Origin: Amoebophrya sp. A120
Taxonomy: Eukaryota > Protista > Dinoflagellata
NCBI GenBank assembly: GCA_905178155.1
Contig: CAJINV010000003.1
Span: 6,629,612 to 6,693,611 of the forward strand
Direction: 5' to 3'
DNA length: 64,000 bases
The notes beneath the pieces were generated by a model, which saw only the letters and a list, made by a program, of their open reading frames with translations, had not been told where the DNA came from and searched no databases. The position numbers and the translations under genes are program-made. Of this stretch, positions 22,901-34,382 are shown piece after piece (position 1 is the stretch's first letter; each line of letters starts with the position of its first letter).

Positions 22901-24412
22901 CTGTCTTCTGACGAAAGCGAGAACGAGATAGAAAAAGAAAATGCGAAGAAAAGCAAACAAATGGAAATCCTTGCTGCGGGAGAGCAGAAGCCGTTCAAGG
23001 ACAGAGCAAAAGAGGCACTGAAGAGGACGCTCCAGACTACGAAGAAACTCTCTCGGAAGTACATGAAGCTCTTTCTGAAGTACTCCAAACTAGCTGCGCG
23101 CACTCTCCAAGAGTACAAGGACTTTGCCGGTGAGAAGTTTTCGTCAACGGCTGTACACTACGTCAAAAAGTTTGTGATCCGTGGGTCCGACGAACAGGAG
23201 AAGCGGTCCGTGCCCAAGGTTGTGTCTGAGACGGACAAGATCGCCCGCATCCCCCTCTACTTGGGCGACTACCGCGTGTACCGCTCCCTGATGGTGATGG
23301 CCACCGTGTCCTGCTTTGTCTTCCTGCTGATGACCATGTTCGCCTTTTTATCCTATGTAAAAACGTCCCCACGACCCCATAGTCGAGATGGGAAATCTGC
23401 TAGACAAGTCAGCATGCTTTGGCTGTTGCGCATGACAAGTGTGGCGTCGTAGTGTCATCCGGTTTTAGCTAGTTCAGCAGCGTCACAGATCTAGCACATC
23501 ATACTGATTGGAGCGTCGCAAAGTCCGAAAAATGACTAGGAAATGCTTCTCATGGGGCTCCGCATGAGAAGCATTTTCAGCATGCAGAGTTGCATTACAA
23601 CTATGGGGTCGTGCGGACATTTCTACATAGGATAGTTTTCCTACTCTTCGACCCCGGAGCAGCGGGCCCGGGCCCCGCCGATGGAGCGACTGGTCTTCGC
23701 CGCGGCCTTTGCACATTTGTTCGCCAAAGGGGTGAAGACGCGACTCGAGTGGAGCCAGCAGTGGGTGGACCCGGGCGCCCGGAGGTACGCCATAAAGGTA
23801 CCGGGGGAGTTCGATATCCTGGTGGGATTCTTCCGCGAACGGGGCACACTGCTGTATAAGATCGACGTGCGCCCCTTCTACCTGGTCTGCCTCTGCCTCG
23901 GAGGCCGGGGCTTCATCTCGGTCTGGCGGCGCCCGCTGGGCATTCTCGACTGGAACATGTACAGCGTGCTCATCTTCATCGAGCTGTTGACCGACTTCGC
24001 CATGGCGTACGCCCTCCTGAGCTTTTACCAAAATCTGGTGGAAACGTGGACCACCGGGAACCGGAGGTTTATCAAGCTGCTGCACCGTGAGAAGGAGAAG
24101 GCGGAGCGCGAACGAGTGCGGCACGAGCAGCGCCTCCGATACAAGCGGACCACGCCCGACAGCTTCCACTCCATCTTTCGCAGCGATCACCGGTCGGGGG
24201 CGGTTCGCTCCATCGTCTACCGGTTCGTCGGGATCTCCAAAGAATTCGACAAGCAAAACCGCTACGATTACGTCTTGGACGAGGACGAACGCGTGCATCA
24301 ACCACTGCTCCTTGAAGACGTGCAGATAACGCGCCAGCGTGCGGAATCGTCACCAGAGCCAAGTGAAGTTTCGCGAAAGAGCAGGCGGAGTAGAGGGAAG
24401 CTACGCTTGTGA
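1927..24412 (+). CDS. Giant multi-exon membrane protein, 5'-partial, about 3,310 codons: DUF285/BspA-type (bacterial surface protein 26-residue) repeats, a TM helix, a long charged disordered region and a C-terminal multi-TM region
   Basis: Exons (left DR kept): 1932-2052, 2208-2584, 9072-9593, 9861-10934, 11262-13160, 13472-13541, 13798-14211, 14510-14664, 14942-15251, 15479-15693, 15962-16030, 16321-17631, 17989-18111, 18369-18450, 18767-18987, 19246-19550, 19808-20168, 20436-20472, 20859-21188, 21526-22174, 22483-22540, 22881-23348, 23640-24412 join into one open frame. Repeats such as NPDVSKWDITAVTNMDFMF and NPNVTNWDVSEVLDMRFMF; junctions read WDVR|KATSFIQMF and MFYN|STGAAPDVSKW. Confidence 0.85.
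2053..2202. mobile_element. Introner, family E (TATGGATTGCAAAAG...CTTTTGCAATGCATA)
   Basis: DR GACGA; removal gives VDDNLWQ. Confidence 0.9.
4001..4203. mobile_element. Family A introner-like cassette in the left foldback arm
   Basis: TGTCTGGGTCTGGAAG...TTCCAGGCCCAGCCATGTTTGCAATGCGTA; no clean DR. Confidence 0.65.
5101..6615. repeat. 195-bp tandem repeat, about 7.7 copies, each containing an about 130-nt hairpin; core of the foldback
   Basis: Units start near 5101, 5296, 5491, 5686, 5881, 6076, 6271 and 6466; stem CGCGCCCAAATCGRGCCCGT...GGTCACATCA / TGATGTGACC...GATTTGGGTGCGCG. Confidence 0.95.
7507..7711. mobile_element. Family A introner-like cassette in the right foldback arm (mirror of 4001-4203)
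   Basis: TATGCGTTGCGAATATGTCTGGGTCTGGAAG...CTTCCAGACCCAGACA...GAAGATA. Confidence 0.7.
9594..9855. mobile_element. Introner, family A (TATCAAATGYAAAAATGTCTGGGTCTGGAAG TIR)
   Basis: DR TGGCC; frame restored (VIVGPDFPQW). Confidence 0.93.
10935..11256. mobile_element. Introner, family C
   Basis: DR CAACA; frame restored. Confidence 0.92.
13161..13466. mobile_element. Introner, family D (TAT..AGTGAAAAATGCCCCCACC TIR)
   Basis: DR GTGCC; frame restored (TQCLRINS). Confidence 0.92.
13542..13792. mobile_element. Introner, family A
   Basis: DR TTCAA; EFKAIPF. Confidence 0.93.
14212..14504. mobile_element. Introner, family A
   Basis: DR ACCCC. Confidence 0.93.
14665..14936. mobile_element. Introner, family A (right end ATG instead of ATA)
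   Basis: DR CCGCA. Confidence 0.9.
15252..15473. mobile_element. Introner, family F (TATGGCGTTCTCAACTGTTACA TIR)
   Basis: DR CAGAC; perfect 22-bp TIR. Confidence 0.93.
15694..15956. mobile_element. Introner, family A (opposite orientation to 9594-9855)
   Basis: DR GCGCC. Confidence 0.93.
16031..16315. mobile_element. Introner, family B
   Basis: DR CCTGA. Confidence 0.92.
16587..16906 (+). repeat. 144-bp (48-aa) coding tandem duplication within an exon
   Basis: LSDKGQEVLRLTKAAKGFGSSSRASGDRDRSSDEEDTKGKSSKDR twice plus a partial third copy. Confidence 0.9.
17632..17983. mobile_element. Introner, family B (diverged)
   Basis: DR GTTCA; RRFIWDMPP. Confidence 0.88.
18112..18363. mobile_element. 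Introner, family A
   Basis: DR CCCGA. Confidence 0.93.
18451..18761. mobile_element. Introner, family C
   Basis: DR GCGAC. Confidence 0.92.
18988..19240. mobile_element. Introner, family A (opposite orientation to 13542-13792)
   Basis: DR GGGGG. Confidence 0.92.
19551..19802. mobile_element. Introner, family A
   Basis: DR ACCTG. Confidence 0.93.
20169..20430. mobile_element. Introner, family A
   Basis: DR GGACG. Confidence 0.93.
20473..20853. mobile_element. Decayed introner, family B
   Basis: TAGCCTGAGG...CTCAGGATA; DR GCAAG/GCGGG; frame restored. Confidence 0.7.
21189..21520. mobile_element. Introner, family D (opposite orientation to 13161-13466)
   Basis: DR GAGCA. Confidence 0.93.
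22175..22477. mobile_element. Decayed introner, D-like
   Basis: TATCAGACGGAAATAAAAGCGCC...GGCGCTTTTCATTTCGATA; DR TAACC/TAAAA; frame restored. Confidence 0.72.
22540..22879 (+). other. Canonical-looking GT-AG intron that retains introner ends (TATGG...CCATA at 22541-22875)
   Basis: GAA|GTATGG ... pyrimidine tract ... CCATACTAG|GAC; phase 0, in frame with ORF 22961. Confidence 0.75.
23349..23634. mobile_element. Introner, family B
   Basis: TATCCTATGTA...TACATAGGATA; DR CTTTT/GTTTT. Confidence 0.9.
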
Positions 24413-24601
24413 ACTGCCCGCTCGCTGCTTTATTTATTGTGTACGACTGTCACGCGATCATGCCGATAATTGTACTTACTGTATATTACGCTTCTACTTC
24501 TAGCACACGAGGAATGCCGGTTTTTTTCTTATTGCACCCAATAGCAGGGTCGGCTTTTTTGTAGCACTAGCTCAGGAAACGTAATTCTTATATTAAGTTT
24601 T

Positions 24602-26510
24602 TCAAAGTTGTAGATGAGACTGAGACTGACCAGGACACAGCTGTTTTTCGAAAAGACATGATAGGTGGCCTGCAATTGCAGGCGTGGAACAAGCAATAGG
24701 GCGGTCGCTGGCGAATGCCAGCGCTGACCCCACAGCTTGGCAGCGTCCAGCGTGCGCTGGCGTTGCAAGGGTGGCCAGCGAACGTTGTTCCTGGGACTCC
24801 TGCCGCGGCCAGCAATGAAGCGGTGGCGCCGCGAATGAATGCCATGTGGAGGAGCACCGCCCTGCACTTTTGTGCTAGGTATGCAAGACGCGTGCAGGGA
24901 AATCACGAAGAGCGCAGGCCAAGGGCTTGCAGGTGGGTGGCTCCGTGTTATGACGCGAGCGTGCCGGCCTCCCTGAGCAGCGCTTGGGATATTTGCGTGA
25001 GGTCGGCCCCCTCGTCGACGGATGTTTGTCGGCGCTTGGGAAGTGTATCAACATCCGCTCCTCGCGGACCTCACTCACACGTGCGCGCAGCGTCCGGTCC
25101 TCGCGGACCTTGCCCACACTTGCGTGCAAAGGTTTGCACGAAATCGATGACATGGGGGTAGCCTGCTGCGGCAGCTGCTTGCCCATGATCTTCCCTGCAG
25201 GGGGCCCGCGGCTGGCGCCGTCACGTCCCCATGTGCATACTGGCTCGAGGTGTCGCGGACACCGCCTACATATACAAAAAGGGCGGCTAGCTGTTGCTAG
25301 TGTTTCGCCCACGCCCATCACTTTATCGAGACTCGCCGTGAAGGGAATTAAAGTTGTAGATGAGACTGACCAGGACACAGCTGTTTTTCGAAAAGCATCA
25401 AAAAATGCATCAAAAAATGCACCCGGAAAGCACGTCTCCGCCCGCTGTTCAGAACGAACGATGTGGGGCAGTGTCTCTCGTTTTCATGCCGCCCGCGCCA
25501 TCAGTAATCGGCGGGGCCGCGTGTGTTCGTCGGCTGGATGATGAGGCGGCGAGAGTTGCGAAGCAGCTGGCCCGCGCCAGTCGAGCAGCGGCTGGGGCTG
25601 TAAATGTGCTGCCAGACGGCGGAACCAGGCTGCGGCCTCATATTTGGGGCGGGGGCGGCCGGTGCTGCTTCTGCCCCTATAGCCGGCCTCTTCGGCGGCA
25701 CGCGCCCGCTTTGCAGTTGGGGCAGGGCAGCTCTCTGGCGACTGCACTTCCGGGCCTCGGCATTCCGGCCGGATTTGTTTTCCCATTCCGCTACTTCTTC
25801 CGGGATTGCATGTTAAAGCTCCGGCTGCTCGATGTGGCAGGCCCTGCCGGGCACCGCTTCGTCTAATTTTCGTGCTGCCCGGCACTGCCTGCGCAGCCCG
25901 CGGACTAATTTTCGTGTGGGGGCCAGAGCTCTGGCCCTTCCTTTGGTAAGCGCTGCGGGGCAGAGTGTCTTGTGGGACGGGCTTGGGCGCCCGAGGTTGT
26001 CGTGTGTCGCAGCTTTAGGGGCGGGGCGGTGGTGGGACTGGTTGCGCAACTCAGGGCATGTCTTTTTGGTCTCCCGGATCGCTCTGTTCTGCGGCCTCCG
26101 AGGTGACTCCGGAGAGGAAAGACTTTGAGGTATTTGGTGGAGGCCAAAGTCTCTTTCCCGGATTGAATCCGGGAAGTTAAGGTTTTGAGACCTTACCTTA
26201 AGGTTTCAAAACCTTGCGAAGGTTTTGAAACCTTAAGGAAAGGTCTCAAAACCTTAACTTCCCGGATTCAATCCGGAGCCAGGAGGTCTCAAAGTCTTAA
26301 CAGTGACCTCAGGATCCGAGCTCCCTTTTGGGGGCTTCGGCGCGACCTGTGGGGCGCCAGACCTTCAAAATCAATCCGATCCGCTGACTTTCGATCTCAA
26401 TCCGGAAAAGTTAAGGTTTCAATCCCTTAACTTAAGGTTAATGATTCGCACGTTCGTTCCCCCCACGATGAGACTGACCAGGACACAGCTGTTTTTCGAA
26501 AAGACATGAC
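24602..26510. repeat. Three dispersed copies of an about 40-bp motif GATGAGACTGACCAGGACACAGCTGTTTTTCGAAAAG (near 24612, 25359, 26467) framing GC-rich sequence
   Basis: Direct repeats read from the sequence. Confidence 0.8.
26158..26276. repeat. Near-perfect 119-bp palindrome
   Basis: CCGGATTGAATCCGGGAAGTTAAGGTTTTGAGACC...GGTCTCAAAACCTTAACTTCCCGGATTCAATCCGG. Confidence 0.92.
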
Positions 26511-27759
26511 TGAAACTCGAGACTATTGAGTGTCTTAATCTTAAAGCCAAATAAATATACATTGGAACGCAAGGGAAGTAAAAGATGGAAAGCCTACTGC
26601 TTGAAAGTGAAACTGAAAGTGAATCAAGTATGTCAAAGCGCAAAAAAAACCTAAAGTCAACGTGCGTCGACGCTCGATAGTCTTGAAAGTCGAAATTTAC
26701 AAAGACGAAGAATATTTACGACATAAAAATACATCATCTCGGCCCTGGATCTCACTCTGACAGGAAGCAAAGTCTTCTTTCTTGGCTTTCCTTTGATTAA
26801 GAGAAAAACAGCTGCTTTGGCTGCTTTTCTTTGTTTCGTTTTACTATAAGTTTTTTTACTACGGTAGTTATACTACGTATTGGCAGCGTAGTGACATAAA
26901 TAAAACTCTTTTGATATGGTCTGCCGTTCCGAAATTATTTTGGGTGGCCACCACAGAGGGCCGAGCCTCATTGTATGCGAATGTTTGTCAAGCGGGTATG
27001 CTGATGTGTCACACTTTGGAAGAATGATAGATAGATAACGCGTTTTCGAAACACCACGAAAAAAAAACACAACGCTTACGAGCGAGCATCTGTACGCACT
27101 CATGTGAGTGCAACAAAATACATCCGCATACCTGTTTCTGATTCTGAGCTGGACGCTTTGCAATTTTTATCTCGCCCTGTGTGATCATGATTCTGTGGCT
27201 TGTTTTTTGCGCAAATTTTCTGAGAAAGCGCCAATCTTATCTTGCCGGGCCAGCCACCATGAACGCCGGTAGGACTCATCCCGGGGGAATCTTTTTTTTC
27301 ATGATTGAGCAAGACGAAGCAAGATTAGAGGCGCTCGTGACACGCTATCAAAGCAAAAAAATCCAAGGGCAAGGATCGAGATTCATCATTTTTTTCAATA
27401 TTCCGAATCAAAAGAAATAGGATCTGGGATATGATTTGTGTCGACCATATAAGAATTCCATATTCATTGTTTCATTGTCTTCTCTTTCTATTCTTGTCTT
27501 TGATTGAGTCGGAGGATCTCATCTGATATCAATGTGAAATTTCTCGGAAGAGGATGAGATATCCAATTCATTATCATCATGAATATTATTTTTTTATGGG
27601 GTTATTAATGATCATTATTAGCAATGTATGTTTCGCCTGTAGAAGTGTGAAAAAAAATTAAGTTATTCCGCTAGAAGAGCGAAAAACAAAAAATAGAACC
27701 AGAACAGGAAGCCAAAAACTCCTGCTCTGTTTCAGTTGATCTCGTTCTTTCTGCGAGGT

Positions 27760-28321
27760 CGGATTTCGGGTGGGGTTGCTGGAGCGCCCGCCATCAGTTC
27801 GCTATATAGCGAACTCATGGTGGGGACCTGGTCGGACCTCGGGGTGGAGTGCCCGCCATCAGTTCGCTATATCGCGAGCTGATGGTGGGCAGCCGATCGG
27901 GCCTCGGGCTGAGGTGCCCGGGGACCTGGTCGGACCTCGGGGTGGGGCGCCCGCCACCAGTTCGCTATATAGCGAACTGATGGTGGGCAGTTGGTCGAGC
28001 CTCGGGTTGGGGTGCCAGCTCTTTAAGATTTTGAAAGCCTGCGGCGTCGCATTTTCTGCCAGCGTCGAAAGCGCTTTCTTTATCCAGCTTTCACCGCCTT
28101 GCTTGCTATTGTTGTTGCTTGTGCAATTCCTCAAAAGTTTTTCAAATTCTGTCGTTGGCCTTCTGTTGCGCGCTTTGTTTGCCTTTCTCCGCTTGCTTGC
28201 AATTTTCATTTTTTGCTTTTATTTTCTACCTTTAGTTTTTACTTTTAGATTTTCGTTTTAGTTTTAAGCTTTTGTGTTTAGCTTTCACGTTTAGCTTTTA
28301 CTTTTAGGTTTTTTTATTTTT
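27760..28321 (+). repeat. GC-rich hairpin-repeat head (CCATCAGTTCGCTATATAGCGAACTGATGG-type, 3 copies) grading into degenerate TTTTAGC repeats; continues at 46945-47067 and 47857-48050
   Basis: Same head-gradient-tail layout as 1-1578; split by the copia element and a TIR element. Confidence 0.7.
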
Positions 28322-28808
28322 TGTTAGAACACTAATTACTCCAGTAACGGGCCCCCAAAACAGGAGCAGAAGAAACTTGAAAAAAACCTCAAAAAAACTT
28401 GAGCACTTTTGATTTATAGCAATTTAAAAAGCAAAAACCAAGAGGGGCAGCCGGAGGAGAAAAAAAACGCACGGAACGGACGCGATTTCCGGTTTCTGGA
28501 AATCGCAATCGCGCCGGCGATTTTGAAAAACTAAGCGAGGTGAACGGCTGGCGCAGATTCAAAATCAAAGGACTCGAATGGGAGAAATTTTTTTCATTTT
28601 ATGGCGCGCCAAAATCCAAATCTGTGCTGCAGGAATAGCCATCCATAATTTTCGCGCGAAGGCGCGCCACTTTCAAAAGTTTACGAGTGTGACTCGGGGC
28701 AGATATTTTCCGCAGACATGGGGCAGCATTTCGCACGAACTTGACGGCCGCGGGGCGCGGTTCTTCTTCATTTAGGTGGGGGTCGCCTCGATGCATTCAC
28801 TGCGCCGC

Positions 28809-29572
28809 TTAACGGGATCGGCCCCCAGTAGTCAGAAAAGCAAAAAAATCACAAAAGCCGGAAAATTTTCGCGCTTTTAAGTTTTCGCAGGGTTTTCGCA
28901 GTTCTTGCAGCCGCTCGCTGGTGTGTTTTCTTTTTCTGGTTGTGTGTCTTGGGTTTGTGGGTTGGGCGGGAAAAGCAGGCTTGGGCGCAAGGGATTGGAG
29001 TGGGGCCGGCAGAGGGAGCCCATGTTGCCGGTGTGTGCTTCGGGATGGGAGAGGGATTTTGGGTGGGAAAGTTTTGGGTGGGTGAGTGGCCAATTAATTC
29101 TGCGACAAAAAATCGCCTTTGTTGCGACAAAAAATCTGAAATAATTAAAAAAAATCGGCTTTCGGCCGTGTTTTTTTTTTTCTTAGGGATTTCAGGAAGA
29201 AGCCGAAAAATGTCGCACCCGTGTCGCACCGGTGTCGCACCCGTGTCGCACTCATGTCGCAAAGAAAGCAATTTTTTGGCGCAAATTTATTCGGTGTTTT
29301 TCTGTTTTTTCGGTGAAATTGTGTTTGCCCGAACAAAAGTTGCGTGCTCGATTTCATGTGGCGCAGTTCTTCGAAAACCCCGGAGCCCACAGGTCCGCAG
29401 CCTGTTGACAAAGTCCCGGCGTTATTTTAGGGCCTACAGATTTCCTATCGAGCGAGCCCCGGTGGAGTGGTTTGGCACAATAGGGTGGCAGTGCAAAAAT
29501 TTTTTTTTTCGTTTTTCTTTTGGGATTCATGATTTTTTTATTTCCGGGCCCATTTGGGTCCGATCCCGTTGA
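28809..29572. mobile_element. TIR element, TYAAC...GTTGA subfamily, 764 bp
   Basis: 6-bp TSD CGCCGC; TIR AACGGGATCGG. Confidence 0.9.
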
Positions 29573-29974
29573 CGCCGCGTGCGGGGGTGTTCAAAGTCCC
29601 TGCCTCGCACGGGCGCCGGCTGCCGGGGTGCCCGAGCTTGGCGGGCGGTGGGGTTCTGGCTCTTGCGAGGCCTTTTTGTAGTGCCGAAGCGGCCCCACTC
29701 GGAAGGCTTGCCGGCACAAAGGGCGGGCGCAGCGGGCCGTCCTTCCCGGGCCCCGCCCCCCCGGAGGCCCTTTCATAATACACAAAGCCCCGCGGGCAGC
29801 GGGACTCTGCGCAAGCAGCTTCTGGCCCCCTAGGCTTGTACGCATAGGGGCGCCCACGCGTGTGGGCAGGCGGCCTCTTCGTTCCCCGCGCCGTGTTTGC
29901 GCGGGTGCGATCCGGCCCGGAAAATGAAGAAAATCAAAAGTGCCACACCATCGGCCGGAGGGTGTGATACTTTT

Positions 29975-31201
29975 TCAGTCAGAGAGCCCGCGGGCCGCGG
30001 GGGGCACTAAATCCCGGCTAATTTTTTCGGGATTTCCCCGAAGCCTTTAGGGTGGGGGGCGGTTTTCCTCCCCGGGTCTCGAAGGCGCCCGGGCCCGCAG
30101 GGTTCCGCCCGTTTCCCCCGCGCCCGGGGGGCCGGGTTTTTTTCAAGTGCCCCCGTTGGCCCCGCGTGTTCTTTCAATGGAAGGGCATTGCGGGAAGTAA
30201 AATTTAAAAATTGGGGCCGTTTGCAGGGGATTCGGAATTTCGAGCGCCGCGGGGTGTTTCTTGGTGTTTTCGTACCCGGATGGCCCCGAAGGTGGCGGGA
30301 AGCGATTGGGGTCTGGCTTTCATGGGGACCCTCGGGCCCTCGGATTGGGTTGTGAAGACCCTGGTCCGGTGGCCATTGTTGACATCCCTCCACCCCATCT
30401 CTGTCTCGTTCTTTCGCAAAGCCGGTGTCATTTGGTTTTTCGAAAGCATCGCCCGGGTTCCTGAATATCTCGTGTTCTATTTTGGTTTTCTAAATGTGCT
30501 CGCTGTTTTGTTTTCTATTTTTCTGCGGGATTCGCGTGCTCGGCAGCTGTCCTTTCAACTTCTATTTTTCGCGACACTGGAGTTTTCCAAAGGAAATCCT
30601 CCAAAACGCGAATTTAGAAATTGAAAAACAGCCGCTGAAACATGCAAATCCCGCAAAAAATAGAAAGCAAAATAGAAGCACGATTTAGAAGCCAAAATAG
30701 AATACGACTTAGAGCCCCGATTTAGAACATGAAAATAGAATACGATTTAGAACACGAAAATAGAGTACGATTTAGAAGGGGAAATAGAACACAAAAATAG
30801 AAACAAAAATAAAACAAAAATTAGCCTGTGAATTAGCCGCGAAAATAGCCGCCCGCGGGGGGTGTTTCGTGTGGGTGTAACTGGGAGGGGTTTCCGATGG
30901 GTGGTATTGTTTTTCGGCCGGCTTTGGGATTTGGGATTTTAGCTTGTGGGAATTCGTCCTGTGTGAGATTGTCGCCCCTGTCGTGCTCCATGTGCAGAAG
31001 GTGGCCTGCTTCTCATTGGATGCTTTTTGTTTTCCTGAAGTTCCATGCCTGATTGCTTTGGGATCTCGTGTGGCGCAGCTTGGGTTGTCGGCTTTCCGGG
31101 TTTGGGTCTTCACCCATTATCCCGGGCCTCGGGGTTTGGAAAAATCCCGCAGAAATTAGCTGGGAATTAGCGGCCGCCACCGCCCCGGGGTTTCTGACTG
31201 A
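29975..31201. mobile_element. TCA...TGA TIR element, 1227 bp
   Basis: 6-bp TSD ACTTTT; TCAGTCAGA...TCTGACTGA. Confidence 0.9.
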
Positions 31202-32328
31202 ACTTTTTGCCGCGGTGTTGTCATGCATGCAAAAAAACACGCAAAACCCGCGTCGACCATGCCATTGGCTCTGGGGCGTGATACTTTTTGGCAGGATGAG
31301 TTCACGGAGGCCGAAAATGATGAAAGCGACGCCGGCCATACCTTGGGCTCTAGGTTGTGATACTTTTTGCCAGGCTGCTACGGCGTTCAAACTTGCAACC
31401 CGGCGAAAGTGTTGGCGAAAATGCGTCACCTCCGCCGAAGCATCTCGGCAGCAGGCGAAAAAAGCTTGGATCTGCCGACGTTTTTGGGCCAAAATCTGAA
31501 GGGCTCCGCCCACCATACCACCGGGGCTAGCTTGCGATGGCTTCCAAGCACGCGACCCGGCTTGCAAGTCTATTCCAAGTTTATTTCAAGTTTTTGTTGC
31601 GATTTCGGCCGCCCGCGGGCGTGCCCAATTTTGGGCTACTTCCTGAGGCCTGTCCACGGGCTGACGAAGTCGATTTGCGAGTCGCAAAAGCGGCGGCGCC
31701 TTCCGAAGGCGCCGGCCGAACTTGGGAAGGGAGGTAAAATCCTGATTTTTGTTGGTTTCCTTCGCCCATGGTGCCGCCGTGGTAAAAAGTATCACACCCT
31801 AGCGCCGCTTGCATGGCGAACGCAGGTTGCCGCGATGGCGAAAGCGAAAACCTTCGCCCGCGTGCCCGCCCTGCGAAAAAGTATCACGCCCCAGCGCCCA
31901 TGGTATGGTCGGTCGGGCTTTCCGCCATGCCCCCCGGCTGCGTGCTTCCTTGCTAAGCACGCCGCGCCCGCTGGCGCCGCCAGCCTGGGCGCGGCCGGCC
32001 CCCTCGCTCGCACGCCCCGGCGGCCCACGGCGTCCCTTCGTGATTTCTACCGGCGCGCCGCGGCCGCCCCCGGCCCATCGGCAGGCGGTGCCGGCCATCC
32101 GCCAGGGGCGGGCGGGCACCGACGAGCCCGGCGCACGCGGGTGCGCTGGGCTATTCTCAACAAAGAAAAGGACGAGCCAGCGCGTCACCCCTAGCGCCCA
32201 CCGTCGCCCGCCCGGGCGGGCGCGCCCCCTCCGTGTGGCCTGCCGGCCTTTTTGGGGCATCAGGCTCGGCGTTCTTTTCGGCATTGGCGGCGCGGGGCCA
32301 GCTTCTCGCCAGTGATCGGGCGGATTGA

Positions 32329-33651
32329 TCAGTTGGAGGGCATCGGGGCCAGTTCCTTGGCTAAAAAGTGGCTAAATTTTTCGGGATTTTTTCAGGAACC
32401 CAGGGCGCAGGTGACGCCGTGTTTGGTCTGGTGAGCCCTCCGCCCTTGGCAATGCTTTTCCGCTTCCCCCGCCTGGGCCGCTTCTTCCGGCCCAATTTGT
32501 TCCGGCGGGCCTTTGGGGCAGTGGGCCCGTGGCTTCTGCCGCCGCCGGGTTTTTTGCGTTTGGCCCCGGGCCGGGTTTTAAAATTTAAAAATTTGCCCGG
32601 TTTTCTGTCGGAATGTGTCGCCTTGAAATTTTGGCCAAGTTCCCGGTGCTGGTATGCCGGACATTTTGCGTTCCTTCCGCAAAATATCTGACCGCTTCGC
32701 CATGTGTGTGGTGGGTTGGGTTGTTATCTCGGGAGGAGCATGCTCGAGATGGTGCGCGTCGCTATCTCGACCATGCCATCTGGTCTGGTTCTGTGAAAGG
32801 TGTTCGGCATTGCGCCCCGCGGGGTAAAATATTTGTAGTTCTGACAACGTCGGCCTTCGTCATGGGATTCTTGTTCTAACTCCGGCTTTGGAAGTTTAGG
32901 AGTCGAGATGACTTCTGTGTTTCCCAAGTCGCGGGATTCACGCTTTTTCATCTGCGAAATCCGTGGCTAAATCGGCAAAGTGGGAATTTCCTTAGGGAAA
33001 TCCCTGTACTGCCGAATTTAGCCGTTCGGAGAGCAGATGAAAAAGGTGTGGATCCCGAAAAAGTTAGAACAAGAATTAGAAGGCCGATTTAGTACATGAT
33101 TTAGCCGGGCGATTTAGAACAAAAAATAGAAGCCGATTTAGAATAGGATTTAGCGGGCTGATTTAGAACAATATTTAGCCGCCCGATTTAGAACAAAACT
33201 TTGCCGCCCTCGGCTAAGTCATTGATTTCGCCGCGGGTGGCAAAGCTTGAAACTCGGTGTTGGGTCGGTGGTGGGGTGGGCGCAAAGTTTGAAACCCACA
33301 AACGCGGCGGGCGCTCACCCATATCCGGGCTCCGCCCGGAGTTTCATCGGGATCGGCTTCTGTTTGGGTCTGTCTTTCCTGGGGTAAGGGTTTGTTGTCC
33401 TCGTGGGTTTCCATGTTCTCTTGGCAAGTGGGCTTCGTATGTTTCCGTGCGTGTCTTGTCCGGGTTGTTGTGCAAAAGCCGCCTGCACCTCCTTGGGGCT
33501 TTTGTTTTCCCCCACCCGTTCCGATCGGGTGTTTCCTTTTCGTGTGATAGCAGCTCCATCGGGCCCATTTTTCGCTTCGTGGATTTTTCAAAAATCCCGA
33601 AAAAATTAGCCACAATTTAGCGGGCGAAATCGCCCCGCGTCCTCCAACTGA
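32329..33651. mobile_element. TCA...TGA TIR element, 1323 bp
   Basis: 6-bp TSD GATTGA; TCAGTTGGAGG...CCTCCAACTGA. Confidence 0.92.
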
Positions 33652-34055
33652 GATTGATTAGTGGCGGGCGCGTTCTGCTTTTTCTAGGTATAACGAAAAA
33701 GCAGCGAAGGCGGCACCCAAAACAATCCGCGCCCGGTCTAAATCTCGACAATAGGCAGTTTTGGCTGGAGCGGCCAATTGTCCGGATTCAGATCGTGTTT
33801 GGATTTCAAAGCAAAGCGGCTGTGGTTCCTGGCATTAAACGTGAAAAACAGTACGAAGAGGCACAGAAAGCGTCGTGCCGTGCCATAGTTTGTCCTCCTG
33901 TTGTTGGTTTCAAAGTTGGGCGCGTCACAGGTGCGCTCACAGAACAGCTCATTTTGAAGCCGTCGCGACCCTCTCGAATATGGGTCGCGCAAGTCTTTGG
34001 CAACTTGGTTGCAAGTTTCGATCTCCATAAAATTGGGGGTCCGTTCCACCAGTAA

Positions 34056-34302
34056 ACTAATACACCATGTAGCCCGGTGAGCAGGCTACTGCACTAGTAT
34101 CCACGTAACTGTGAGAGCATGGGGAAACACAAAGCATCATCGTCATTCATCATCTCTCAGTCGCTCCACCTCTCTGAGCATCGGGATTCCGCTCGGGATA
34201 GTGAAGGATCTGATTTCATGATCGTGGATTTACAGTGGTATTTGCGTCGGTACTTGGTCGTCATGATCAGCATTGCATGGTGATTTAGTGATCATGCCTA
34301 CA
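34056..34302 (-). repeat. Copia 3' LTR (main part; terminal bases at 28322-28335)
   Basis: Direct repeat of 46693-46939; I count 4 transition differences. Confidence 0.95.
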
Positions 34303-34382
34303 TTCCCCCTCACGACTATGCACCTACCTACATTCGTTCCCCCTAGTGACTCAGTTAGAGAGCCGCGGGGCCATGGAGGTGG

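Larger units (their letters stand above)
28336..34055. mobile_element. Non-autonomous TIR element (TTACT...AGTAA) splitting the copia 3' LTR; 2.4 kb without its three nested inserts
   Basis: TSD ACTAA (28331-28335, 34056-34060); imperfect TIR TTACT....AACGGRCCCCCAA; LTR tip TGTTAGAAC stranded at 28322. Confidence 0.88.

Noticed and set aside
24608-26510. Hammerhead ribozyme in the GATGAG...CGAAA repeat
   Set aside because: The CUGAUGA core is absent (TAGATGA or ACGATGA) and I could not build convincing stems I and III
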